A stretch of DNA of 44,675 bases, taken from IMG/VR virus record IMGVR_UViG_3300020426_000008, positions 1 to 44,675 of that record, one strand, 5' to 3'. This stretch comes from a virus. Taxonomy: Duplodnaviria > Caudoviricetes. The translations under genes were made by a program, and so were the position numbers. Below, piece after piece: positions 16,892-25,258 of the stretch. Within the stretch, counting starts at the first letter, position 1; the number at the start of each line of letters is the position of its first letter. The notes under the pieces are model-generated. The model did not search any database, was not told the origin of the DNA, and was given only the letters and a program-made list of their open reading frames with translations.

Positions 16892-18492
16892 ACCTGCCCA
16901 CCACACCGCAAGGCTGGGAAGCCCTCTACGCCGCGGCCGATGACGAACTGCGCGCCGAAATCGATCACCTGTTCGAACAGGATCTCGCCGAGCATATCTG
17001 GCGCGCGCAGGTCGGCCGGCAATCCGAAGCGGCTGACAGCACCGCGTTCGTCACCGGGTACGGGGGGAGCGCAGGAGGCGGGAAATCGGACCTTCTCTGC
17101 GGCATCGCGCTGACCGAGCACAAGCGGTCCGCGATCTTCCGCCGGGAGCGCGTGCAGACCGAAGGCATCATCCAGCGCATGACCGAGATCCTTGGCACGA
17201 CTGACGGGCTCAATTCGCAGAAAGGCATCTGGAAGACGCACACCGATGGGGCTGACCGGCTGATCGAGTTCGGCGGGCTCGACAATCCCGACGATCACCA
17301 GAAATGGCAGGGCCGCGCGCACGATCTCAAAGGGTACGACGAAGTCACGGAACAGCGCGAGCATCAGGTGCGCTTCACGATGGGCTGGACGCGATCGCCC
17401 GACCCGAAGCAGCATTGCCGCGTGCTCATGACCTTCAACCCGCCGACCACTGCCGAAGGGCGTTGGGTCATCGATTACTTCGGGCCGTGGCTCGACAAGA
17501 AGCACCCCGACCCTGCCGAGCCCGGCGAAGTGCGTTGGGTGACGACGATCAAGGGCCGCGATGTCTGGGTGCCCGACAATCGCAAGTTCGTGCTGTTCCG
17601 CGGCGAACCGCTGTACGATTTCGATCCGTCCGAATTCTCGCCCGAAAAGATCATCACACCGAAGTCGCGCACGTTCATCCCGTCGCGCGTCACCGATAAC
17701 TATTTCTACGTCCGATCGGGCTACATCGAAACACTGCAGTCCCTGCCCGAACCGCTCCGTTCGCAAATGCTCGAGGGTGACTTCTCGGCCGGTGTCGAAG
17801 ACGACGAGTGGCAGGTGATCCCGACCGCGTGGGTCGAAGCGGCAATGGATCGCTGGGAGCCGCGCGAGCAGAAAGGCGAAATGGATTCGATGGGCGTCGA
17901 CGTCGCCACCGGGGGCAGCGATAATTTCGTCATCGCACCGCGGCACGGCGCATGGTTCGACCAGGTGACGCGCATCCCCGGCCATGACATCCCGCAACTG
18001 ACCGCCGGCCGCGTTGGTGCGTCGAAGGTGATCGAGCATCGCCGGGACCGCGCGCCGGTGCATATCGACCTCGTGGGCTGGGGCCTGACCGTCTACAACG
18101 TGCTGGTCGAGGATCGCATCCAGACGGTCGGCATCAACAACGCGCGTGGCTCGAAGGAACAGACCGCGGATGGCATGTTCGGGTTCTTCAACCTGCGCAG
18201 CGAGCTCGTCTGGCGGATGCGTGAAACGCTCGACCCTGCCAATCCGGTCAAGTGCGCGCTACCTCCCGACCCGAAGATCAAGGCCGACTTGTGTGCCTAC
18301 AAATGGACGCCGGTGAAAGCGCCGAAGAAGACCGTCGTCAAGGTTCGCTCGAAGGACGAGATGAAGGCCGAGCTTGGCCGATCGCCCGATGATGGCGACG
18401 CGATCATCATGGCCAACATCGACACGCTCAAGGATGAAGTCGTCCAGGCGCTGACGGTGAAGAAGGCTTACAATCCGTATGAGGATCTGTGA
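16888..18492 (+). CDS. terL: Terminase large subunit
   Basis: GYGGSAGGGKS Walker A, YDEV Walker B, TFNPP, GVDVATGGSD, GRSPDDGDA. Confidence 0.95.
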   Translation: MNLPTTPQGWEALYAAADDELRAEIDHLFEQDLAEHIWRAQVGRQSEAADSTAFVTGYGGSAGGGKSDLLCGIALTEHKRSAIFRRERVQTEGIIQRMTEILGTTDGLNSQKGIWKTHTDGADRLIEFGGLDNPDDHQKWQGRAHDLKGYDEVTEQREHQVRFTMGWTRSPDPKQHCRVLMTFNPPTTAEGRWVIDYFGPWLDKKHPDPAEPGEVRWVTTIKGRDVWVPDNRKFVLFRGEPLYDFDPSEFSPEKIITPKSRTFIPSRVTDNYFYVRSGYIETLQSLPEPLRSQMLEGDFSAGVEDDEWQVIPTAWVEAAMDRWEPREQKGEMDSMGVDVATGGSDNFVIAPRHGAWFDQVTRIPGHDIPQLTAGRVGASKVIEHRRDRAPVHIDLVGWGLTVYNVLVEDRIQTVGINNARGSKEQTADGMFGFFNLRSELVWRMRETLDPANPVKCALPPDPKIKADLCAYKWTPVKAPKKTVVKVRSKDEMKAELGRSPDDGDAIIMANIDTLKDEVVQALTVKKAYNPYEDL

Positions 18493-18494
18493 CT

Positions 18495-18668
18495 ATGGCT
18501 GACCGCATCGACGAAGGTTGCAAGATCGGCCTTCATCCGTGGGGGCCTTGGCGTGAGCAGGGCGGCACATACAGGCGGGAATGCAAGAACTGCGCGGCGG
18601 TCGATGTGCAGGCGTTCAACCCCGAACCGCCGGACCGAACACCCTTCAATCCATACGCCGATCTCTGA
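18495..18668 (+). CDS. 57-aa zinc-finger protein ending FNPYADL
   Basis: Manually translated MADRIDEGCKIGLHPWGPW...RRECKNC...PFNPYADL. Confidence 0.6.
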   Translation: MADRIDEGCKIGLHPWGPWREQGGTYRRECKNCAAVDVQAFNPEPPDRTPFNPYADL

Positions 18669-18699
18669 TTTTGAGATACGATAGGGGCTAACATAGCGT
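18668..18699 (+). promoter_or_regulatory. Late promoter motif 1
   Basis: ATTTTGAGATACG; TTGAGA-N17-TAGCGT. Confidence 0.7.
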
Positions 18700-18724
18700 C
18701 CATCGCGGAAAGGAATTCTCCGCG

Positions 18725-18913
18725 ATGTGCATGGCTCCCGACGTTCCCGAACCGCCCCCGCCCCCCGCTCAGCGCCAAGCCATGAAGGCGCCCGAAGTGA
18801 AGTCGGCGGCGATCGATGATCCGATGCGCCGGCGTCGCGGATATGCCGCGCTCGTGTCGCGCGCCGCACCCACCGCCAACACGCCGATGACGACCTCGAC
18901 GCTCGGTGGCTGA
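18725..18913 (+). CDS. Small pre-portal virion protein
   Basis: MC..P-rich N-terminus, LGG end, pre-portal position typical of podoviruses. Confidence 0.7.
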   Translation: MCMAPDVPEPPPPPAQRQAMKAPEVKSAAIDDPMRRRRGYAALVSRAAPTANTPMTTSTLGG

Positions 18914-18993
18914 TCCTGTCACCCTCTTCAAGCTGCGCGGGCAGGACTGGATCGCGCTGATCTGCGAATGCGGGCAGAAGCAGCAGTCGCCGG

Positions 18994-20733
18994 ATGACGG
19001 CGAGCATCGCATCGTCTGCGCGTCGTGCGGCAAGGAACACACCGCCGATGGCTGAGGGCACGCTCTCCCTGCACAACCGTCCCGGCCATGCGCCGCGTCG
19101 TGAACTGTCCCGGCGCGAGCATGTCGACAAGCGTGCGTCTTCGCTCAAGGCGATGCGCAAGGACGAAGAGGACGACTGGCATTCGATCGCAGACTTCTCG
19201 GGCTATGGGGACATTCCCGGCCTGCGCGAGAAAGGTGGTGGCAAGCGGCGCCCCAAGACGCGCCAGCTGATCGATAGCCACCCTATCCTGTCGTTCCGCA
19301 CGATCGAAGGCGGCATGTATTCCGGCCTCTCGAGCCCGAACCGGCCATGGTTCGATTTCAAGTTCGCCGACGACGGTCTCAACGAATACGCCGCGGCGCG
19401 CGAGTGGAAGGACAAGTTCCAGTCGCTGATCTACAGTATGTTCGACGCGTCGAACTTCTACCAGGTCGCCCGCCAGAATTACGGCGAGATGGCCCGCTTC
19501 GGCCCGGCCTGCGGTATCATGACCGAGCATCCGCTACGCATCGCGCCAAGCATCGCGCAGCCGATCGGCACGTTCTGGCTGGGCTTCGATAGCGCGTTCG
19601 GCGTCGATACCCTGCTTCGCGATTGCTCGATGACGGTCGACCAGATTGTCGAGAAGTTCGTCGCTGGCCCGGGCGGCAGCATGAACTGGTCGGTGGTCAG
19701 CCGCAGCGTGCGCGACAAGTGGGACGCCTCACGGTACGACGACACCATCCACTGCCAGCAACTGATCGAGCCGGGCGCCGGAACGCGTTTCGAAGCGACG
19801 ATCTGGGATTGCAACGACGACCGCGCGAAGGCGGTGCTCGAAGCGAAGTGGTATAGCGAGCAGCCGTTCTGGGCGCCGCGATGGGCCACACGCGACGGCT
19901 CTGGATATGGTCGGGGTGTCGGGCATGACGCGCTCGGCGATATGCGCGAACTGGCCATGCAGGCGAAGCGCAAGCGCGAGCTCACCGATCTGCTGGCCAA
20001 GCCTCCGACCGCTGGTGTGGCGCAGGATCTCGACATGCGACCGGGCGCGCATACTCACGTCGCCGACCTGTCGGCGGTGCAGGCAGCGAAGCCGGTGTAC
20101 GAGGTCAATCCGCAAGCGATTGGCGCGGTGCGCGAGGACATTCGCGAGATCAAGGACCAGATCGACCGGCTGACCTATGCCGACCTGTTCATGGCGATCA
20201 CGAATATGCCCGGCGTGCAGCCGCGCAACGTCGAGGAAATTCTCAAGCGCGACGAAGAGAAGCTGAGCCAGATTGGCCCCGTGGTCGAAATGGTCAACGA
20301 CGACATGCTGCCGATCGCAGTCGAGCGCATGATCGCCATTGCTGAACGCGGCAACCTGATCCCCGAAGCGCCGGAAGAACTGCAGGGGCGCGAACTCAAG
20401 GTCGAGTTCGTTTCGGTCCTGTCGATGGCGCAGAAAATGCTGGGCCTTTCGACGACCGAGCGCGTGGTCGGGTTCGTCGGTTCGCTTGGGCAGGTCTTCG
20501 GACCGCAGGTGCTCGACAAGATCGATCCTGACGCGATCATCGACGACTATGCCGAGCGCGCTAACCTGCCCGCCTCGGCAGTGCGTGACAGCGCGATGGT
20601 CGAGCAGATGCGCAAGTCGCGGCAGCAGCAGGAGCAGATGGCCGAAATGGCGGCTATGGCGCAACCTGCGAAGACGGCGACCGAAGCCGCGGCGAACATC
20701 GCTGAAATGTCCAACGAAAGCGCGCGGTTTTGA
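18994..20733 (+). CDS. Portal (head-tail connector, T7 gp8/BPP-1-like)
   Basis: SGLSSPNRPWF, SNFY, PRW..GYGRG, R.EEKL..IGPV. Confidence 0.92.
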   Translation: MTASIASSARRAARNTPPMAEGTLSLHNRPGHAPRRELSRREHVDKRASSLKAMRKDEEDDWHSIADFSGYGDIPGLREKGGGKRRPKTRQLIDSHPILSFRTIEGGMYSGLSSPNRPWFDFKFADDGLNEYAAAREWKDKFQSLIYSMFDASNFYQVARQNYGEMARFGPACGIMTEHPLRIAPSIAQPIGTFWLGFDSAFGVDTLLRDCSMTVDQIVEKFVAGPGGSMNWSVVSRSVRDKWDASRYDDTIHCQQLIEPGAGTRFEATIWDCNDDRAKAVLEAKWYSEQPFWAPRWATRDGSGYGRGVGHDALGDMRELAMQAKRKRELTDLLAKPPTAGVAQDLDMRPGAHTHVADLSAVQAAKPVYEVNPQAIGAVREDIREIKDQIDRLTYADLFMAITNMPGVQPRNVEEILKRDEEKLSQIGPVVEMVNDDMLPIAVERMIAIAERGNLIPEAPEELQGRELKVEFVSVLSMAQKMLGLSTTERVVGFVGSLGQVFGPQVLDKIDPDAIIDDYAERANLPASAVRDSAMVEQMRKSRQQQEQMAEMAAMAQPAKTATEAAANIAEMSNESARF

Positions 20734-21026
20734 GCGCGGCCTACAAGAAGCTGCTCGCGGAAGATCGCGAATGGCTGATGCGCCAACCTCAGTTCCGGCG
20801 CGTGCTTTTTGAGATTTATACCGCCGCCGGTATCACCAAGACAACTCGCGAAGAGCAGCAACGCCTCTTTCATGAAGGCAAGCGCTCCTTGGGGCTCGAA
20901 ATCTTTGGCTGGTTCTCGGCGATGCCGGTGGACCCGATCGACGCAATAGCTGCGGCCATCGAAGCCAAGATGGAACTCAACCCCGAAGGAGTGAAGCATC
21001 ATGACGACCGAGACTACCCAGAATGA
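20730..21026 (+). CDS. Bbp19-like protein
   Basis: WLM..PQFRRVL...FHEGKRSLGL between portal and scaffold. Confidence 0.7.
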   Translation: MSAAYKKLLAEDREWLMRQPQFRRVLFEIYTAAGITKTTREEQQRLFHEGKRSLGLEIFGWFSAMPVDPIDAIAAAIEAKMELNPEGVKHHDDRDYPE

Positions 21027-21723
21027 CACGACCACCACGACCGCTGATGCTGGCGCGACTACAGCGCTTGGCGATGCGGCCGCGGCGGATCCCGCAACCG
21101 AAACCCCCGCGGGTGACGGTGAACCGGTAAAGCCCGAAGGCGACAAGCCTGACGGGTCGCAGGGCGACGGCGAGGGCGGCTCGTCGGAAGCCGGTGACGG
21201 TGGGGCTCCTAACGCCGCCACCGGCGCGCCCGAAGCTTACGACACCGCTGCATGGCAGATGCCCGAAGGCGTCGAGTTCGACACCGAAGGCTTCGAAGCT
21301 GTCGAGCCGGTGCTGCGCGAACTCAATCTCGACAACGACCAGGCCGGAAAGCTGATGGGCGCCTACGCCGAGAAGATTGTGCCGATGATCGAGAGCCGCG
21401 CGGCGAAGCAGATGGACGACGCTGCCAAGGAATTGAGCGCCGACCTCGCGAAGAACCTGCACGCTGATCCGGAAGTCGGCGGCGCCAAGCTCAAGGAAGC
21501 TCAGGCGTACAGCGCGAAGGCAATCGCTGCCGCGCTGCCCGATGCGACGTTGCGGGCCGAGTTCTCGCAATTCCTCAACGAAAGCGGGCTCGGGAATCAT
21601 CCCTTGCTCACTCGTGTCCTCAACACCGCCGGTCGCGCGATGTCTGAGGCGAGCACCCCTGCCGGCGGCGCTGGCGGGGGCGAAAAGACTGCGGCCGAAG
21701 TGTTCTATGGAAGGAAAGGGTAA
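21001..21723 (+). CDS. Capsid scaffolding/assembly protein
   Basis: Acidic low-complexity N-terminus, APEAY, DPEVGG, GLGNHP, AEVFYG. Confidence 0.8.
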   Translation: MTTETTQNDTTTTTADAGATTALGDAAAADPATETPAGDGEPVKPEGDKPDGSQGDGEGGSSEAGDGGAPNAATGAPEAYDTAAWQMPEGVEFDTEGFEAVEPVLRELNLDNDQAGKLMGAYAEKIVPMIESRAAKQMDDAAKELSADLAKNLHADPEVGGAKLKEAQAYSAKAIAAALPDATLRAEFSQFLNESGLGNHPLLTRVLNTAGRAMSEASTPAGGAGGGEKTAAEVFYGRKG

Positions 21724-21726
21724 GTA

Positions 21727-22752
21727 ATGGCTATTCTTGGCACTGAACTGCACACCCTCGCCGACATTACGGCTCGCCTCGATCCCGATGGCAAGACCGC
21801 GATCATCGGCGAATGGTTGTCGCAGACCAACGAAGTCCTCGACGACATGCTCTGGCAGGAAGGCAATCTGCCGACCGGTGAGCGCACGACCGTCCGCGTC
21901 GGCCTGCCGACCGTTACCGCGCGCGGCGTTAACCAGGGTGTCGATCCGTCGAAGAGCCGCGTGGCTCAGGTCGACGAAGGCGCGGCCATGTTCGAAGGTC
22001 AGTCCGACATCGATCGCCAGGCGGCGATGATGAGCGGCAACCCCGACGAATATCGCCTCACCGAAGCGACCGCGTTCTATGAAGCGCTTTCGCAGGCGCA
22101 GGCGCAAACCCTGTTCTACGGCAACGCTCGCACGTCGCCGCAGGAATATACGGGCCTCGCTCCGCGATACAACGACATCTCGATGGACCAGGTCATCGAA
22201 GGCGGCGGTGAAGGCACCGACAACGCTTCGATCTGGCTCGTCGTATGGTCGTCGCTCGGCGTCAAGGGCATCTACCCGAAGGGATCGAAGGCGGGCATCA
22301 CGCATATCAACGTGACCGCTGGCACTGGCGTAGGCGATGATGGCTATGAAATCGGCCATTACGTCAACGACGCCGATGGCAAGCGCTTCCTCGCCGTGTC
22401 CGACAACTTCATCTGGAAGTGCGGTCTGTCGGTCAAGGATCCGCGCTATGCGGTGCGTATCGCCAACATCGACAAGTCGTTGCTCACGCCCGACTATTCG
22501 ACCGGCGCGCAGCTGGAAATGCTCATGACCGAAGCGCTCGAACGCGTGGAAGGCCTGAATATGCCCGGCGCCAAGGCGGCGTTCTACATGCCGCGCACCA
22601 TCCGTGCGAACTTCCGCAAGCAGATGGTCGACAACGCCAATAACTCGAATTTCTCGTACGAAACCATCGGCGGCAAGCGGATGATGATGTTCGGCGAAGT
22701 TCCGGTTCGCCGCGTCGACGCCCTCAAGGCTGACGAAGCCCGCGTGGTCTGA
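21727..22752 (+). CDS. Major capsid protein (BPP-1 Bbp17-like)
   Basis: LSQTNEVLDDM..EGNLPTG..TTVRVGLP; WKCGLSVKDPRY..RIANID. Confidence 0.92.
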   Translation: MAILGTELHTLADITARLDPDGKTAIIGEWLSQTNEVLDDMLWQEGNLPTGERTTVRVGLPTVTARGVNQGVDPSKSRVAQVDEGAAMFEGQSDIDRQAAMMSGNPDEYRLTEATAFYEALSQAQAQTLFYGNARTSPQEYTGLAPRYNDISMDQVIEGGGEGTDNASIWLVVWSSLGVKGIYPKGSKAGITHINVTAGTGVGDDGYEIGHYVNDADGKRFLAVSDNFIWKCGLSVKDPRYAVRIANIDKSLLTPDYSTGAQLEMLMTEALERVEGLNMPGAKAAFYMPRTIRANFRKQMVDNANNSNFSYETIGGKRMMMFGEVPVRRVDALKADEARVV

Positions 22753-22776
22753 TCGAGACATGAAAGGAATTGATCA

Positions 22777-23205
22777 ATGATTACCGATCGCGAATTGACG
22801 TTCTCGAATGGCCAGGCGGTCACGACCGGAACGCAGCTCTCCACTGACGTCATCGATACCGGCGTTGCTGGCATCAATATCAACACCAACCGCGAACTGC
22901 AGATTTTCGTAAGCGTCACGACCGCCTTCGCCGGCGGCACGAACCTTACCGTGAACCTCGTGGAAAGCGCCTCGTCCGACCTGTCGAGCCCGACCGTCCT
23001 TGCGACGTCGGGAGCGGTGGCTGAGGCGAGCCTGACCGCAGGCCGCGTGCTGCTTCGCACTGCTGTCCCTCGCACGAGCAAGCGCTATCTTGGCCTGCAG
23101 TTCGTGACGACGGGCACCCACACGGCCGGCAATGTGTTCGGCGGCATCGTTCGCGATACCGACGACACGGTCCTGCCAACCTACGAAACCGGCTACGCCG
23201 AATAA
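22777..23205 (+). CDS. Capsid cement protein (Bbp16-like)
   Basis: MITDRELTFSNGQAVT..STDVID; RYLGLQF. Confidence 0.85.
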   Translation: MITDRELTFSNGQAVTTGTQLSTDVIDTGVAGININTNRELQIFVSVTTAFAGGTNLTVNLVESASSDLSSPTVLATSGAVAEASLTAGRVLLRTAVPRTSKRYLGLQFVTTGTHTAGNVFGGIVRDTDDTVLPTYETGYAE

Positions 23206-23219
23206 GGAAGGACTGAGCA

Positions 23220-23681
23220 ATGGGTGACAAAGTACAAGCCATCGTCCGCGGTCCCGAGAATTATTTCGACGGAACGCTTCATGCCCCCGGCTCGATCGTG
23301 GTGGTTGATGCCGATCAGGTTTCCGACAAGGACACCATCACGAAGACGGTGAAGGTGCGCCTCAAGGAACCGGCCATGGTTGAAGGAAAGCTCGTTCGCT
23401 TCGCCGAAGAAGAGGTGGAGGTGCGCACGCGCTTCCTGCCCCTCGAAGGTGCTGCGATCGCCGAGCCGAACACCACGACTGCGGAAGTCGCTACCGGCCA
23501 GCCCGATCGGCTCAATGTAAGCGACTTCCTCAAGGGCGGGGTCGACGACATCGAGGACGCGATCGCATCCGGCAAGGTCGACGCGTTTCTCGACGTGATC
23601 GGCCAGGCTGAGATCGGCGGCAAGGGCCGCAAGGGCGTGAAGGAAGCGATCACCGATCGCAAGGCCGCGCTCTCGCGATAA
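23220..23681 (+). CDS. Hypothetical virion-module protein
   Basis: AAGGAAGGA RBS; C-terminal E..GKGRKGV motif. Confidence 0.7.
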   Translation: MGDKVQAIVRGPENYFDGTLHAPGSIVVVDADQVSDKDTITKTVKVRLKEPAMVEGKLVRFAEEEVEVRTRFLPLEGAAIAEPNTTTAEVATGQPDRLNVSDFLKGGVDDIEDAIASGKVDAFLDVIGQAEIGGKGRKGVKEAITDRKAALSR

Positions 23682-23703
23682 CACCTTCGCAATCACACAT
23701 AGT

Positions 23704-23740
23704 AGGGTCGGGTGGCTTAGGCTTCCCGGCCCTTCATTTT
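23704..23740 (+). terminator. Probable intrinsic terminator after head genes
   Basis: AGGGTCGGG...CCCGGCCCT hairpin followed by TCATTTT. Confidence 0.6.
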
Positions 23741-23767
23741 GAGATACGCAAGCGCGCGGATTAGCGT
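23736..23767 (+). promoter_or_regulatory. Late promoter motif 2
   Basis: ATTTTGAGATACG; TTGAGA-N17-TAGCGT. Confidence 0.7.
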
Positions 23768-23773
23768 CGCGAT

Positions 23774-23944
23774 ATGGCTGCGCATCCCCTTCATTCTCGC
23801 GGTTCTAACCGCCTTCCGAAGAGGCCGAACACGCAGCCCTTCGATCGCGGCCGGATTGTCGTACTCGAGCAGTTTCGCGCAACGGCCGAAGCGCAACTCG
23901 CCGAACTGACGGCCCCAGAGGAAGGTGGCGGCGGTGGCGCGTAA
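23774..23944 (+). CDS. Small, possibly leaderless ORF (56 aa)
   Basis: ATG 7 nt after the -10 box; overlaps adaptor start. Confidence 0.4.
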   Translation: MAAHPLHSRGSNRLPKRPNTQPFDRGRIVVLEQFRATAEAQLAELTAPEEGGGGGA

Positions 23945-24608
23945 CCTGATCCAGATTTGCAACGAAGCAATCTCCGACCTGCCCGCGCATCCGATCAGCG
24001 GGCTCGACGATCAGCGCAAGGAAGCGCGCGAATGCTCGCGGCATCTAAATGGCGTCGTCGCCGATCTGCTCGACGAACACGATTACGACTTCGCCAATCG
24101 ACGCGTGACGCTCGCTCCGGTGGCCAACACACGCGAGGGCGAGTGGGCCTATGCCTACCGCCTGCCCGACGAGATCATCTCCCCGATCAAGCTGGTGCGA
24201 ACCTACAACGCAAGCGCTGTCGACATGGTGGTGACGCCGGTCCTCTATTGGCCTGGGCTCGACCTAGCGACGCTTGGCTATTTCGAAATCGATTACGAGA
24301 TAGCGAACAACACGCTCTTCACCAATCTCGAGCAGGCTGTTCTCGAATACTCGGTGGATGCGGTGGAGCCGAACAAGTGGCCACCTCTCTTCGCACAGGC
24401 TGTCATCCGCTTGCTGGCCGCGCGCATATACCGCCCGATCCTTGGCGAGAAGGCCGACACTGGCGAGTGGCGGGTGAAGCAGCAGGCTGCGGCATATGCG
24501 GCCGCGCAGGCTCGCGCTTCGGATCTCAACCGTAATCCTCGGCAGCGCAAGGGCCATGTGAGCGAGGCTGAAATCGCCCGGCGTGGAGGTGGTGTGTGGT
24601 TACGCTGA
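23934..24608 (+). CDS. Head-tail adaptor (tail tubular protein A-like)
   Basis: IQICNEAIS.L, WAYAYRLP, WPPLFAQAV..LAA. Confidence 0.85.
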   Translation: MARNLIQICNEAISDLPAHPISGLDDQRKEARECSRHLNGVVADLLDEHDYDFANRRVTLAPVANTREGEWAYAYRLPDEIISPIKLVRTYNASAVDMVVTPVLYWPGLDLATLGYFEIDYEIANNTLFTNLEQAVLEYSVDAVEPNKWPPLFAQAVIRLLAARIYRPILGEKADTGEWRVKQQAAAYAAAQARASDLNRNPRQRKGHVSEAEIARRGGGVWLR

Positions 24609-25258
24609 GCAAGCGCAATTTCACGCGCGGCATCTTCTCGCCCGTCGTACAGTCGCGGCGCGATGTCGAGGCATGGAGCGCGGGCGCCAAGCGTCTGACG
24701 AACGTCTTCCTGCTCAAGCATGGCGGCGTGCGAAAGCGCCCCGGCACGCTGTTCGTCTACAAGCTTCCCGACGACGACAACGACGTGCGCTTGCTGCCCT
24801 TCACCTATTCGCCTGGGCAATCCTATGTCCTCGCGATGGGGCAGGCGACCATGAAGCCGCTCGCCTTGGGCGGCGCGGTGCTGTCCGAAGGCTTCGGCAT
24901 TACGGGCATCACGCGCGCGAACCCGGGCGTAATCACGGCGCCCTATCACGGGCTTTCGACCGGTGACGAAACCTTTCTCGCTGGCATCGAAGGCATGACC
25001 GAATTGAACGGCCGCGTCGTAACGGTGACCGTGATCGATGCGAACACGTTCTCGATCGGCATCGACACGACCAGTTTCACCGCTTTCACCGGCGATGACG
25101 GGACGGTCCGCACAGGCCCACCTGCCCCACCGCCCTCGCCCCCCTCAGTTCCCGCGCCGACGCCGACGCCGACGCCTCCCCCGACAACCCCGCCGGGTGG
25201 CGGTGGTGGCGGTGGTGGTGGCATTCGCGGCCCCGGCGGCGATCAGGACAAATACTGA
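24596..25258 (+). CDS. Nozzle N-terminal part with FCCH-like beta domain and Pro/Gly tail
   Basis: NFTRGIFSP..GGVRKRPGT; ITRANPGVIT..HGLSTGD..GMTELNG. Confidence 0.75.
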   Translation: MVTLSKRNFTRGIFSPVVQSRRDVEAWSAGAKRLTNVFLLKHGGVRKRPGTLFVYKLPDDDNDVRLLPFTYSPGQSYVLAMGQATMKPLALGGAVLSEGFGITGITRANPGVITAPYHGLSTGDETFLAGIEGMTELNGRVVTVTVIDANTFSIGIDTTSFTAFTGDDGTVRTGPPAPPPSPPSVPAPTPTPTPPPTTPPGGGGGGGGGIRGPGGDQDKY

